The translations under genes and the position numbers were made by a program. DNA of 64,000 nt. Source: an uncultured Clostridium sp. GTDB lineage: Bacteria > Bacillota_I > Bacilli_A > RF39 > UBA660. The stretch lies in contig CANEGO010000002.1 in the NCBI GenBank assembly GCA_947427095.1, forward strand, positions 27,888 through 91,887, given 5' to 3'. This document shows positions 30,008 through 40,402 of the stretch, piece after piece; position 1 is the stretch's first letter; each line of letters opens with the position of its first letter. Below the pieces are notes generated by a model. The model saw only the letters and a program-made list of their open reading frames with translations, was not told the origin of the DNA and did not search any database.

Positions 30008-31081
30008 TTATTTTAATATCATACTAACTACGGAAACTAAAATAATAGCTGCTATAACACCAGCAAAAATAACAAACCACAATATACTAATGAAAGCGGC
30101 TTCTTTTTTTCTCTTTTTTTGCCACGGAGCTTTTGGCGTTAAAGCTGATCCTTTTTCTTTTTCTATGTCATCAGCATCATCTTTTTGATAAAGTTCGTTT
30201 TGACTTATATTTTCTTCCAATTCTTCATCATAGTATTCACCATCATATCTATAACCTATCTCATTTAATGGTTTTAGAGTATATTTAACGGACGTAACAC
30301 CATTAACGTTTGTTTTTTTCTCGGATTTAAGTGTTTTAACCTCATCTTTTGAGGGATTATTTTCTTCAATCAATACAACTATATTTTCTTCCGGAGATAT
30401 ATAGACTTTTCTATTAAGAATTAAAAGAATTTCTTCTACAGGCTTTTTTAAAAGATCACTTTTATAATCATCTGGACCTTCTAAACTTGTAATTAGTGCT
30501 TTTATAGTACCATATACTTTTTCCTTTTCATCAAACGAAAGTTTTGCATACTCATTAGCTTTAGATACTTCTTTAATATCCCTCATTATAACCTCATGAC
30601 AATCCCTTGCTAAACTTTGCTCAAAAATAGAAGTTGCGTTAGTTATACCGTCTACGCTCATTATTTTTTGTGTACCTTGTAAGGATTCAAACCGTTCTTT
30701 GCCCGTTTTATAAGGATCACTCCGATTTTCTATTATTCTTACATTATCATATGGATAAGGATAATGAATTTTTATATAACTTTTACCGTCTTTTTCAAAA
30801 TCTGTAATATTTTCTAATGACAAAGCGTATTCTACTTTTTTATTAACATCAATAGAATTTGCATCATGCCCCGCTATTTTTTCATCTTTTTTCAATACTG
30901 ATTCTAAAAGTTTTCTATCAAACCTAAGCTTATTTATTTCATCATGGATGATTCTATATGCCCTAGGGTCCTTATTATACACTTCAAAAAGTTTATCTTT
31001 TTGTTCCTCATTTTTCACAACTCCATCATTAAGTAATCTTTGTAATGCTAAATTAAGAGATTTTTGCTCAAAATCCGTCAT
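30008..31081 (-). CDS. hypothetical tail-anchored membrane protein
   Basis: Charged soluble body and a single C-terminal TM helix (AAFISILWFVIFAGVIAAIILVSVV). Start set at MTDFEQ, preceded by GAGGTG. Confidence 0.5.
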   Translation of the reverse strand: MTDFEQKSLNLALQRLLNDGVVKNEEQKDKLFEVYNKDPRAYRIIHDEINKLRFDRKLLESVLKKDEKIAGHDANSIDVNKKVEYALSLENITDFEKDGKSYIKIHYPYPYDNVRIIENRSDPYKTGKERFESLQGTQKIMSVDGITNATSIFEQSLARDCHEVIMRDIKEVSKANEYAKLSFDEKEKVYGTIKALITSLEGPDDYKSDLLKKPVEEILLILNRKVYISPEENIVVLIEENNPSKDEVKTLKSEKKTNVNGVTSVKYTLKPLNEIGYRYDGEYYDEELEENISQNELYQKDDADDIEKEKGSALTPKAPWQKKRKKEAAFISILWFVIFAGVIAAIILVSVVSMILK

Positions 31082-31180
31082 AAATAAAATCACCTCTACT
31101 ATGATTATAACTTAAAAATTATAAATACATATATAAAATTAATTTGTAATGTAAACAAAAAAAAGATGTAATACATCTTT

Positions 31181-32725
31181 TTATACCATTGGATAGACAC
31201 CTGGTCCGATTGGTAATCCTATTATGTACCAACAAATTATCATGAATAACCACATAAGTGCTATAACGGCGAAATATGGAAAAATAACCCTGTAACAATT
31301 TCTTATACTAAAATCATTTTTATTTTTTGTATAAACTTCAATAAAACCAATAAATATTACGAAATACGCAAATAGCGGTGTTACCATATTAGTTATTGAA
31401 TCTCCTGCTCTAAAAACAATTTGAGCAAATTCCGGCGTAATGTTCGCTTTCATTACTGCAGGCATTATATTTGGAGCTATAATGGACCATTTTGCAACTG
31501 GCGTTGGGGAAAACACATTAGTAACTATAGTAACTAATAAAATGAGTAAAATAAGTGGGATGAAAGAAAATTCTGAAGCAGCAATAACATTAGATAAATT
31601 ACCTACTATAACTACTCCCAAATTAGATTCCTTAACAATTGCACTTAATTGTGCCGCAAAAAATATTAATACAAAAATACCACCAATACTTTTTAAATAA
31701 TCGGTCGAAAAATTAACCAAGTCACGAATCCTTTTTATTGTTCCAGTAATAACACCAAAAACAAAGCCCTGAACAACAAGCAAAAATGAAATTATTCCTA
31801 CTAGATTAGTCATTAAAAGCGCATCACTAGAAAAAAGCATCTTTGAATATAAATTTTGAGATTTATCAAGCAATAATCCAATAAAGCCATCTTTTGATGA
31901 TGGTATTAACATAAGAACTATTGGAATAAATAATATTATTGTTGCTATTAGCACTCCAATCAACCCTTTGGTCTCTACTTTTTCATCAAGCATTAACTCT
32001 TCTTCATCAAAAGCATTTCTTCCAAGGCGCCTTGACACAAATTTTTCCGTTATAAAAGTACAAATTCCTGATATTAAAAGTGCTGCTACTATTATAAAAA
32101 TTAAATTACTATTTTGTGATACAACATATTCAGTATCTAAAAGTTTTGCACTAGCTTCAGTATAACTAGATAGATTATAATCAAGAGAGGTTATAAACAT
32201 ACCAGCTCCATGCCCAGAAGCCATAGTAGCGAATCCAAGGGCCAATCCACCGATTGGATTTCTATTCATACTCATAAACAATACAGCACCTAAAGGCAAA
32301 AGAAGAACATAACCAGCGTTACCATCTATACTTGCCATTATACATATTAACGAATATATGAATACTATTATAGACTTAGGAATACGCTTTGTTAATTTGC
32401 TACAAAAACTTTTTAAAAGCCCTGATTTTAGTGCTATTCCAAAAGCTATCGAAGCAATAAGAAGCGAACCAAATGGTGTAAACGAAATCAAATTATCATA
32501 TGCTGACGTTATTAAAAACTTAATTCCATCTAAGCTAAGAAGAGAATTAACCGCCATGGTTGTAGATTCAACTTCCCCAGCAATAGTCGTTAATTTATCA
32601 TACGTAACTTGAAAATTTAAAGCATTTGCAATACCACTTAAAAGAATTACCAAAACCGAGACGTATATAAAAAACATAACTGGATGTGACGATCTTTTTA
32701 TCTTTTTATCTTTCATAATTTTCAA
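31181..32725 (-). CDS. AbgT-family (p-aminobenzoyl-glutamate) transporter
   Basis: N-terminal HPVMFFIYVSVLVILLSG pattern and the polytopic layout are typical of AbgT. Confidence 0.8.
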   Translation of the reverse strand: MKIMKDKKIKRSSHPVMFFIYVSVLVILLSGIANALNFQVTYDKLTTIAGEVESTTMAVNSLLSLDGIKFLITSAYDNLISFTPFGSLLIASIAFGIALKSGLLKSFCSKLTKRIPKSIIVFIYSLICIMASIDGNAGYVLLLPLGAVLFMSMNRNPIGGLALGFATMASGHGAGMFITSLDYNLSSYTEASAKLLDTEYVVSQNSNLIFIIVAALLISGICTFITEKFVSRRLGRNAFDEEELMLDEKVETKGLIGVLIATIILFIPIVLMLIPSSKDGFIGLLLDKSQNLYSKMLFSSDALLMTNLVGIISFLLVVQGFVFGVITGTIKRIRDLVNFSTDYLKSIGGIFVLIFFAAQLSAIVKESNLGVVIVGNLSNVIAASEFSFIPLILLILLVTIVTNVFSPTPVAKWSIIAPNIMPAVMKANITPEFAQIVFRAGDSITNMVTPLFAYFVIFIGFIEVYTKNKNDFSIRNCYRVIFPYFAVIALMWLFMIICWYIIGLPIGPGVYPMV

Positions 32726-32906
32726 CCTCCAACACCTTTTTAATCTTTTTATTAAAATCTAACCTAGATAGCATTATTGTTCTTCCACAGTTTTCGCATT
32801 TTATTTTAATATCTACCCCAATCCTAACTATCCTGAAAATATTACTACCACACGGATGATTTTTTTTCATCTGTACAACAGAACCCAATTCATAATTATT
32901 TTTCAT
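32706..32906 (-). CDS. DUF951-family small protein
   Basis: GSVVQMKKNHPCG...IKCENCGR. Conserved position near parB and ychF. Confidence 0.8.
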   Translation of the reverse strand: MKNNYELGSVVQMKKNHPCGSNIFRIVRIGVDIKIKCENCGRTIMLSRLDFNKKIKKVLEVENYER

Positions 32907-33702
32907 TGTGTACCTCTATTTGCGGATACGGTATTTTTATCCCGTTTTTATCTAACGCATTTTTAAACTCTTTTTTCATTTGTCTTTGAACTTCATAGTG
33001 TTTAGCCGGTTTACATTTTCCAACCAATCTAAATACAACCGCAGAGTCAGCTAATTCTTGCACACCTAAAAGTTCTATATCACCAACCAAAGATGGAATC
33101 TTTTCCTTTAATGTAGCAGCTGTTAACATAAGTATTTTTTCAACTTTATCAATTTTTGATTCATAGCTAACTGCTATATCAACAACTGCTAAAGATTTAT
33201 CCATACTATAATTAATAACCTCCGATATATTTCTGTTTGAAATCATTTTTATTTCTCCAGTAAAAGCCTGCACTCTGGTTGTTTTTAAACCAAGGGATAT
33301 GACAGTGCCCTCGAACTCACCGATTTTAACTAGATCGCCAACGGCAAACCAACTTTCAAAAAGAACTGACACTCCAACTAAAACATCTTTTAATATATCC
33401 TGAAAAGCAAGACCAATTACTAAACTTACAACTCCAAGCCCAGTTATTATTGCCGCGGTATTAACACCAAATACGCTTAATATCCACAAAAAGGCAACAA
33501 TCCATACAACATATTTTGTGAGATTACAAAGTATACTTCTTATCGTATTTATTTTTCTTGAATCAAACTTATGATGTTTTTTTGATGGATTAAATGTTCT
33601 TTTTATAATTAGATTCAAAACCCTTTCTGTCAATATAGTGATGACTATAATGATTATTGGCATATATATTTCTTTAGCAATTGTAAGCCCAAAGATTTTC
33701 AT
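32896..33702 (-). CDS. small-conductance mechanosensitive channel (MscS family)
   Basis: TM3-like GLGVVSLVIGLAFQDILKD followed by a beta-domain (GDLVKIGEFEGTV). Confidence 0.8.
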   Translation of the reverse strand: MKIFGLTIAKEIYMPIIIIVITILTERVLNLIIKRTFNPSKKHHKFDSRKINTIRSILCNLTKYVVWIVAFLWILSVFGVNTAAIITGLGVVSLVIGLAFQDILKDVLVGVSVLFESWFAVGDLVKIGEFEGTVISLGLKTTRVQAFTGEIKMISNRNISEVINYSMDKSLAVVDIAVSYESKIDKVEKILMLTAATLKEKIPSLVGDIELLGVQELADSAVVFRLVGKCKPAKHYEVQRQMKKEFKNALDKNGIKIPYPQIEVHNEK

Positions 33703-33712
33703 ATTAATTCCT

Positions 33713-34609
33713 CTATTCCACATCTATGTTTAATATTTCTAGTATCCTATTAAGATCTTCTTTCGTTGCAAAGGAAATCTTGATTTTATTTCCAGCGATA
33801 GAAACCTTAGTCCCTAATTTTTCTTTTATCGCATCTTCTGCATATTTATACTCTTTACTCTTAACGTTTTTCTTAAGTGGGGCCATTCTCGCGAAAGATG
33901 AAGCCTCAGCAATTTCTTCAAGTTCTCTTACACTTAAAGAATCACTTATAACCTTATTAGCAAGTTCCTCGATTTGGTCATGGCTTTCAAGCTTACTTAA
34001 AACCCTAGCATGCCCCATTGAAATTTTGTTATATAAAACCATGTCTTGAACAGATAAAGGTAGTCTTAAAAGTCCAAGCATATTAGTAATATGACTTCGT
34101 GATTTGCCAAGTCTTCTTGCTAGTTCATCTTGGGTTAATCTTAAAGACTCAATAATTGACTTATAAGCCTTCGCCTCTTCTATCGCCGTTAAATCCTCAC
34201 GTTGAAGATTTTCTAAAAGAGCAACTTGCATCATTTCTTCATCAGTGAAGTCTCTGATTATTGCCGGCACTTTTGTTAAACCTGCAAGTTTAGATGCTTT
34301 TACCCTTCTTTCACCTGCTATTATGTTATATCCTTTAACACTTTTTTTTACTATTATCGGTTGAAAAACGCCATGTTCTTTAATAGATAAAGATAATTCA
34401 TTTAAAGCGTCATCATCGAAAACTTTTCTAGGTTGATATGGATTACTCATCAAATCATCGATGTTAACTTCAACTATTTCATCTTTCGGGGTTTCCTTTA
34501 CTATTTCTTTTTCCACTTGATCAAAATCCAACATTTCTGAGTTAAATAATTGTTCTAAGCCCATTCCAAGAGCTCTTCTCTTACCCGTTTCTTCTTTCAT
34601 TTTGTTCAA
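33713..34609 (-). CDS. parB: chromosome partitioning protein ParB/Spo0J
   Basis: NPYQPRK, IIAGERR, and HTH motifs. Confidence 0.9.
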   Translation of the reverse strand: MNKMKEETGKRRALGMGLEQLFNSEMLDFDQVEKEIVKETPKDEIVEVNIDDLMSNPYQPRKVFDDDALNELSLSIKEHGVFQPIIVKKSVKGYNIIAGERRVKASKLAGLTKVPAIIRDFTDEEMMQVALLENLQREDLTAIEEAKAYKSIIESLRLTQDELARRLGKSRSHITNMLGLLRLPLSVQDMVLYNKISMGHARVLSKLESHDQIEELANKVISDSLSVRELEEIAEASSFARMAPLKKNVKSKEYKYAEDAIKEKLGTKVSIAGNKIKISFATKEDLNRILEILNIDVE

Positions 34610-35375
34610 TAACCTCCTTTGCTAAATTAAGGTATGCCTCAGTTCCACGACTCATTGGATCATACGCAACAATTGGCTTACCATGGCTAGGTGCTTCGGT
34701 TAATCTTATTAATCTTGGGATTAACGTATTATAAACCCTTTCTTTAAAAAAGCCCCTTATTTCCTCTACAACTTCTAGCCCTAAATTAGTTCTAGAATCA
34801 AGCATAGTAAGTAACACTCCTTCTATTTCCAGTCCAGGATTAAGCTTTTTTTGTGCGAGCATAATTGAATTCAAAAGTTGCATAATACCTTCAAGTGCAA
34901 AAAACTCACATTGAACTGGAATTAAAACGGAATTTGAAGCAGTAAGGGCATTAGTTGTCAAAAGTCCAAGAGATGGTGGACAATCTATTATTATAAAATC
35001 ATAATTATCCTTAATCGGCTCTAAGGCTAACTTAAGTTGCATATTTTTTTGAAAATTGGAATCTAACTTTCCTTTTTCAATAAGTTCTATATCCGCACCC
35101 GCTAAATTAATAGTCGCTGGTATAATACTTAAATTCTTAAAATTAGTTCTTATTATAGCATCATTTGGCATGCATCTTGCAAGAAGTAAATCATAGATAC
35201 TTTTAGAAACATCACCCTTATTTATTCCTACTCCTGTTGAAGCATTTCCTTGAGGATCCAAATCGATAAGCAATACTTTTTTTCCTTGAACACCTAAAGA
35301 TGCCGCTAAATTAATGCTAGTCGTGGTTTTTCCAACGCCACCTTTTTGATTTACTAAAGCTATTATTCTGCCCAT
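34581..35375 (-). CDS. parA: chromosome partitioning ATPase ParA/Soj
   Basis: Deviant Walker A NQKGGVGKTT. Start set at MGRIIAL. Confidence 0.9.
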   Translation of the reverse strand: MGRIIALVNQKGGVGKTTTSINLAASLGVQGKKVLLIDLDPQGNASTGVGINKGDVSKSIYDLLLARCMPNDAIIRTNFKNLSIIPATINLAGADIELIEKGKLDSNFQKNMQLKLALEPIKDNYDFIIIDCPPSLGLLTTNALTASNSVLIPVQCEFFALEGIMQLLNSIMLAQKKLNPGLEIEGVLLTMLDSRTNLGLEVVEEIRGFFKERVYNTLIPRLIRLTEAPSHGKPIVAYDPMSRGTEAYLNLAKEVIEQNERRNG

Positions 35376-35484
35376 GATTACACTTCCCCTCACTACTTAT
35401 GTTTTATTATTTTGTATTTTCTATCTTACTTATTATATCATTTATTTTTAATTTATAGTAATTTTTCTTATCAATATATAATTT

Positions 35485-36417
35485 TTAATTTTCTTTTCTT
35501 ACTTTATCAGCAAACTCTTTTATCTTTCTAAAACGATGATTTAGGCAAGATTTACTTATTTTACCACCAGTTTCTAAAGATATTATTTTACTTAATTCTA
35601 AAAGTGACGATTCAGGATATTTTTCTCTATAAATAGCACTTTCTTTTATTTTTTCATCAAGCAAGTCAAACATATCTTTTTCTTTTATATATTTAATATC
35701 ACTAATTAATTTATTAGAAGTAAGCATAGTCTTTTCAACGTTTGCTTGCTCACAATTATTAAGACGGTTAGTCATGTTTATTTTTTCCCTATAAACCCTT
35801 ATCTCTTCATAGTACATAACTCCATTATAAGCTCTAATAAGTCTTAAAAAATCGCTTATTTTTTCTGCTTCTTTAATATATATCATATAACCTTTTTTGC
35901 GGTGTAATATTTTACTATTAAGGCCACTATCAATTAACAAATTATTTAAAAATTTAGCATACTCCGTGTCACCAATTAAAAATTCTAAGTGATACCTAGA
36001 AGTTTTGGGATCGTTTAAACTACCTGAAACTAAGAAGACCCCTCTTAAATAAGCTCTTTTTAATTCTTCATCAGAAAGAAGTGACTGACTAGGTATTCTA
36101 AGAAGCATATTCTTTTCATTTACAATGCCAAGATCCCTTAAAACTTTAAGTGTATCTTTTTTTAATTCTAATACGTAAATTTCATTTTTTTTGAAATTAT
36201 AATTTTTTCTTAAAGTAATATTTAAATTTATATCGTAAAGAATCTTAAACAAACCAAATATTCTATTTGCAACAAACTTATTTTCTGTTTGAATTTTAAT
36301 GTTATATATTTTGATTTCTGCATTAGTTCTAATTATTCCTGATAGCTCAGATAAGTATTCAAGGCGCGTACATTCAGTTGTCGAAATTTCTTGCTTAATT
36401 TTACTTGAGAACGTCAT
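35485..36417 (-). CDS. whiA: DNA-binding protein WhiA
   Basis: N-terminus MTFSSKIKQEIS. LAGLIDADG-like middle region. C-terminal HTH (SKSCLNHRFRKI). Confidence 0.9.
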   Translation of the reverse strand: MTFSSKIKQEISTTECTRLEYLSELSGIIRTNAEIKIYNIKIQTENKFVANRIFGLFKILYDINLNITLRKNYNFKKNEIYVLELKKDTLKVLRDLGIVNEKNMLLRIPSQSLLSDEELKRAYLRGVFLVSGSLNDPKTSRYHLEFLIGDTEYAKFLNNLLIDSGLNSKILHRKKGYMIYIKEAEKISDFLRLIRAYNGVMYYEEIRVYREKINMTNRLNNCEQANVEKTMLTSNKLISDIKYIKEKDMFDLLDEKIKESAIYREKYPESSLLELSKIISLETGGKISKSCLNHRFRKIKEFADKVRKEN

Positions 36418-36441
36418 TTCATCACTTTCCTTACTTTTACG

Positions 36442-36450
36442 ATTATAACA
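36442..36450 (-). promoter_or_regulatory. extended -10 (TGTTATAAT) upstream of whiA
   Basis: Minus strand reads atTTGTTATAATcg, about 25 nt before the whiA ATG. Confidence 0.35.
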
Positions 36451-36583
36451 AATAATGTGTTCTTTTTCAACATATCCAGGTGTTTTTTTATAAAATTATA
36501 ATCACTTTGTACTTTTTTGGTAATAAGTATTGACTTGAATAGTACTTTGTATTAAACTGTAACTATGTAGAAAGGAAACACAT

Positions 36584-37363
36584 ATGAAAGAAGAAAAATT
36601 TAAATTCGCCTACGCAAGCGACTTACTAATATTTGGAGTAGATAACCGTTCTAATGATAATTGTAGATTATTACCAAATAAATATATGAGCATTTTATTA
36701 GTAAAAAGAAAAAAAGAACCATTTAAGGATATGTGGAGTTTACCAGGAGGGTTTGTCGAAGTTATCGAATCATCTAAAGATGCTGCTGCAAGAATACTAA
36801 AAAAAGAAACAAACTTAACAAATGTATATTTAGAACAAATAAATACATATGACTCAGTAGATAGAGATCCAAGGGGTAGAGTTATTTCAACTTCCTATAT
36901 TGCTTTAGTAGATATTAACAAGGTAGGTAAATTAAGTAATGACGCAAAATGGTTTGATATAAAGATTAATAAAGAGAAAAATAATAACACCATAACACTT
37001 GCTAACAATGATGAAAAAATGAATATATCAATTTCAAAAAAATTAAAATCAATAACCACTAAAGAGTATGAATATAAATTAGAAGATAACGGTAAGTTAA
37101 GTTTTGATCACGGACTAATTATTAATAAAGGAATAATCGAATTAATAAATAAAGTTAATCATACTGACATAGTATTTAATTTGATGCCAAAAGAATTTAC
37201 TATTGGTGAATTAAAGCAAGTATATGAATTAATTTTAGGTAAAAAATTAATAAATTCAGCTTTTAGAAGAGTAATTGCTAATAAGATAATAACTACAAAC
37301 AAAATAGTTAAAAGAGGTGGATTTAGACCATCTGCACTAGTTAAATATAAGGAGGAGAAATAA
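36584..37363 (+). CDS. NrtR-like regulator (degenerate Nudix domain plus C-terminal winged helix)
   Basis: Nudix box GFVEVIESSKDAAARILKKETNL lacks the REUxEE glutamates. C-terminal ...FRRVI...GGFRPSALVKY is typical of the NrtR wHTH. Confidence 0.7.
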   Translation: MKEEKFKFAYASDLLIFGVDNRSNDNCRLLPNKYMSILLVKRKKEPFKDMWSLPGGFVEVIESSKDAAARILKKETNLTNVYLEQINTYDSVDRDPRGRVISTSYIALVDINKVGKLSNDAKWFDIKINKEKNNNTITLANNDEKMNISISKKLKSITTKEYEYKLEDNGKLSFDHGLIINKGIIELINKVNHTDIVFNLMPKEFTIGELKQVYELILGKKLINSAFRRVIANKIITTNKIVKRGGFRPSALVKYKEEK

Positions 37364-37364
37364 T

Positions 37365-38033
37365 ATGTATTTAATTGATAAGAAAAAGGAAATTATACAA
37401 GTATATGATTTACAAATAAATAATGATTTAGCATATAATTTTAGAAAAAAAGAAATGGATAAAATAAAAAATAAAGTAAATTCAATAAGAGGTAAAAAGA
37501 TTTCTTATTATTCGGACTATCCATTTGATAGGTTTGATTTCAAAAAAGAAACACCTGATAAAAAAGATGTATTCTTTTATAATTCAGAAGATGATTATAA
37601 TGTTTTAAAAGATTCTGAAGAAGATGAATGCATTAAATACGATTTACTTGAAGAAACATACAACGGAAAAAATAATAAAAAAGAAACTATAAAAGTCAAT
37701 GATAATGGGACAGTAAAATATTATATTTTAGCCATGAATATTTATACTTATTTACCGGATGATGACTGCCATAAAATGGACGGTATTATCCGTATAACTG
37801 ATAAAATGTATAATTTAAAATTAATTGAAACTGGGATGATTAACTCTGTTGGTAGCAATCAATTAAAAGAATTATTAGATTTATTTACATTAACAATAAA
37901 AGAAGAATTTGATAAGAAAACTTACGAAAAAATGAAAAATCTTAATCTTTTATATATTGATTCTGAAAATGCTGTAGAGCTTTCTAACAAAGATAATATA
38001 AAAATTATAAGAAATAAGTTAAAACAAAAATAA
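37365..38033 (+). CDS. hypothetical protein (222 aa), translationally coupled to the NrtR-like gene
   Basis: ATG is 1 nt after the upstream stop, with GGAGGAG in the upstream gene's end. No motif recognised. Confidence 0.45.
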   Translation: MYLIDKKKEIIQVYDLQINNDLAYNFRKKEMDKIKNKVNSIRGKKISYYSDYPFDRFDFKKETPDKKDVFFYNSEDDYNVLKDSEEDECIKYDLLEETYNGKNNKKETIKVNDNGTVKYYILAMNIYTYLPDDDCHKMDGIIRITDKMYNLKLIETGMINSVGSNQLKELLDLFTLTIKEEFDKKTYEKMKNLNLLYIDSENAVELSNKDNIKIIRNKLKQK

Positions 38034-38050
38034 TGTCTTTTATATAGACA

Positions 38051-38959
38051 TTATTTTTTTAAAGCTTTTATAATGCTAGTTGCCGCAATGGCACCTTCAC
38101 TTACAGCCGTTACAACTTGATACAGTTTTTTACTTATAGCATCACCACAAGCATACACATGATCAGAACTTGTTTTCATATCATTATCTACCAATATTCC
38201 TAAATCATCAGTTGCTATTTTTAAATTTTGATAAAAAGCATAGTTGGATTCTTGTCCAATACAAACAAACACACCAGAAACATCATATTTTGTTTGTCCA
38301 TTTACTTCTATAGCAGTTATCTTGCCATCCTCTCCTAATATATTGGTTATTTTACCATCGTATATAATCTCTACGTTTTCATTATTCAAAACATCATCTT
38401 GTTCTTTCTTATCCGCCCTCAAAGCAGAGGATCGGTTAATTATATAAATTTTTTTAGCAATATCTTTCATATAAGACGCTGCTTCCATTGCAGAATTACC
38501 ACCACCTACTATAGCAACATTCTTATTTTTATACAAAGCTCCATCACATATAGCACAATAAGAAACCCCTTTGCCTTCAAACTTGTCTGCGTTAACAGCA
38601 TTTAACTTTCTAGGTGTTTTTCCAGTTGATATAATAATATATTTAGCATTGTAAACTTCATTATTAGTAGTCACATCATATGAATCATCTTTTTCTTTAA
38701 TATTAATTACTTTTTCAGTTTTAAAAGGGACATCTAATTCTAAAGCCTGGCTATACATTCTAAATGCAAGGGTTGTTCCATCTTTATCCGTATAACCTGG
38801 ATAGTTCTCTATTTTATGTGTTTTATTTAATGTTCCACCAGGTGCGTTTGCCTCTAAAATAAGAGGCTCTATACCCGCCCTTTTTAAATAAATAGCAGCG
38901 GTAAGTCCACTTGGGCCTGCGCCTATTATAATAACGTCATAACTAGATTTTGATTTCAT
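38051..38959 (-). CDS. trxB: thioredoxin-disulfide reductase
   Basis: GAGPSG, redox centre CAICDG, second GGGNSA motif. Confidence 0.9.
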   Translation of the reverse strand: MKSKSSYDVIIIGAGPSGLTAAIYLKRAGIEPLILEANAPGGTLNKTHKIENYPGYTDKDGTTLAFRMYSQALELDVPFKTEKVINIKEKDDSYDVTTNNEVYNAKYIIISTGKTPRKLNAVNADKFEGKGVSYCAICDGALYKNKNVAIVGGGNSAMEAASYMKDIAKKIYIINRSSALRADKKEQDDVLNNENVEIIYDGKITNILGEDGKITAIEVNGQTKYDVSGVFVCIGQESNYAFYQNLKIATDDLGILVDNDMKTSSDHVYACGDAISKKLYQVVTAVSEGAIAATSIIKALKK

Positions 38960-39752
38960 TTTCTCCCACCACCTCGTCAGAATAATTTTTACATTTAACC
39001 TTGGTGATTATATACATTATTATTCCAATTATAACCATGAATATTGAAACCAACCTGGCCATCTTAATACTTCCTAGCATTAAACTATCCGTTCTAAGTG
39101 ACTCAACAAAAAACCTAACTACACCATACCATATAAGATATATAGAAGTAGTATTACCTAGTTTTGTATTATTAAGACTTCTAATTCCTATTAAGACAAA
39201 GAATCCAACAATACACAAAACAGATTCATATAAAAACGTTGGATGGTAATAGTTGCCAGCAATATACATACCATTAATGATGAAGTAAGGTAAGTGAAGG
39301 CCCTCTAAAAACGTTCTTGAGACAACACCACCATGAGCTTCGCCATTGAAAAAGTTCCCCCATCTTCCTACTCCTTGTGCTAAAATAACCGCAGGAACCA
39401 CAATATCAAGCATTTTAAGTACGTTTACGCCATATTTTTTACAATAGACTATTAATGTTATTAATCCTGCTATCATACCACCATGGATAGCAAGACCACC
39501 ATTCCATACTTTTATTATTTCAATTGGATTAGCAGTATAATAATCTAAGTTGAATAAAACGTAATAAATTCGTGCACCAATAATACCAAATACAACACAC
39601 CAAAAAATAAGATTTGTTACAAAAGTAGTAGGAATATTATTTTTTTTAGATTCCTTATTTATTATTACCCACGCTAATATTATTCCTAAAAGAATACAAA
39701 TAGAATACCAAGTTATAGTAATTGGCCCCATGCTAATAGCTATTTTACTCAT
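38943..39752 (-). CDS. lgt: prolipoprotein diacylglyceryl transferase
   Basis: GRWGNFFNGEAHG signature. Polytopic membrane protein. Confidence 0.9.
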   Translation of the reverse strand: MSKIAISMGPITITWYSICILLGIILAWVIINKESKKNNIPTTFVTNLIFWCVVFGIIGARIYYVLFNLDYYTANPIEIIKVWNGGLAIHGGMIAGLITLIVYCKKYGVNVLKMLDIVVPAVILAQGVGRWGNFFNGEAHGGVVSRTFLEGLHLPYFIINGMYIAGNYYHPTFLYESVLCIVGFFVLIGIRSLNNTKLGNTTSIYLIWYGVVRFFVESLRTDSLMLGSIKMARLVSIFMVIIGIIMYIITKVKCKNYSDEVVGENEIKI

Positions 39753-39753
39753 A

Positions 39754-40200
39754 TTATTTTTTACACCTTTCTATAAGTGGTTTTATTATAAGACTTTCCA
39801 TAAGAACATTCATTACACTTATAAATATAGACACAACAAAAGGAGAGAAAAAACCCGTCATATAAAAATGTTTACCTAAAATTAAAGTCACCAATAATAG
39901 AATAAAAACATTTATAACAAAGTAAAACAGCCCAAGTGACATTCCAATAAGTGGCAAGGTAAGCGTAACTATAAACGGTTTAATGGTTTTATTAAGAGCG
40001 TAAATTATAATAGCCGCTAAAAATCCATACCAAAAGTTTTCTACATATAAAGACCTAAATAAGTTAGATGTGATTATTAAAACCAAAGCATATCCAAACA
40101 TATATATTAACCATTCTAAGAACAGGTTAAGTCTATATTCTATTTCAGAATTTTTATATTTTTTACTTTTTTTGTTATCATCTACTACGATTACTTTCAT
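39754..40200 (-). CDS. YvlD/DUF360 (phage holin family 4-like) membrane protein
   Basis: NKTIKPFIVTLTLPLIGMSLGLFYFVINV pattern. 4 TM helices. Confidence 0.7.
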   Translation of the reverse strand: MKVIVVDDNKKSKKYKNSEIEYRLNLFLEWLIYMFGYALVLIITSNLFRSLYVENFWYGFLAAIIIYALNKTIKPFIVTLTLPLIGMSLGLFYFVINVFILLLVTLILGKHFYMTGFFSPFVVSIFISVMNVLMESLIIKPLIERCKK

Positions 40201-40376
40201 TTTATCACCAACATAATTATATCATATATAATAAATTTATATATTCTTTTTTGTCGTAAAATCTAAAGTTATACATTTTATTTCGTTAATTATTAGTTCA
40301 TTTAACATGATTTGCTTACTTAACCTCATTACTTGTACATTTTGTTATTTTAATTTCTATATTTACCCTTTAAAAT

Positions 40377-40402
40377 ATAAAAAAAGCCCTTAAAGCTTTT
40401 AG
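40377..40402 (-). terminator. terminator after the ArpU-like gene
   Basis: Minus strand: AAAGCTT TAA GGGCTTT (with G-U pairs), then TTTTTT. Confidence 0.4.

Noticed and set aside
33713-35375. Search for parS (TGTTNCACGTGAAACA) in and around parAB
   Set aside because: Only unrelated CACGTG-containing strings were seen elsewhere (e.g. near 3895 and 29131), with poor half-site matches. No parS is called.
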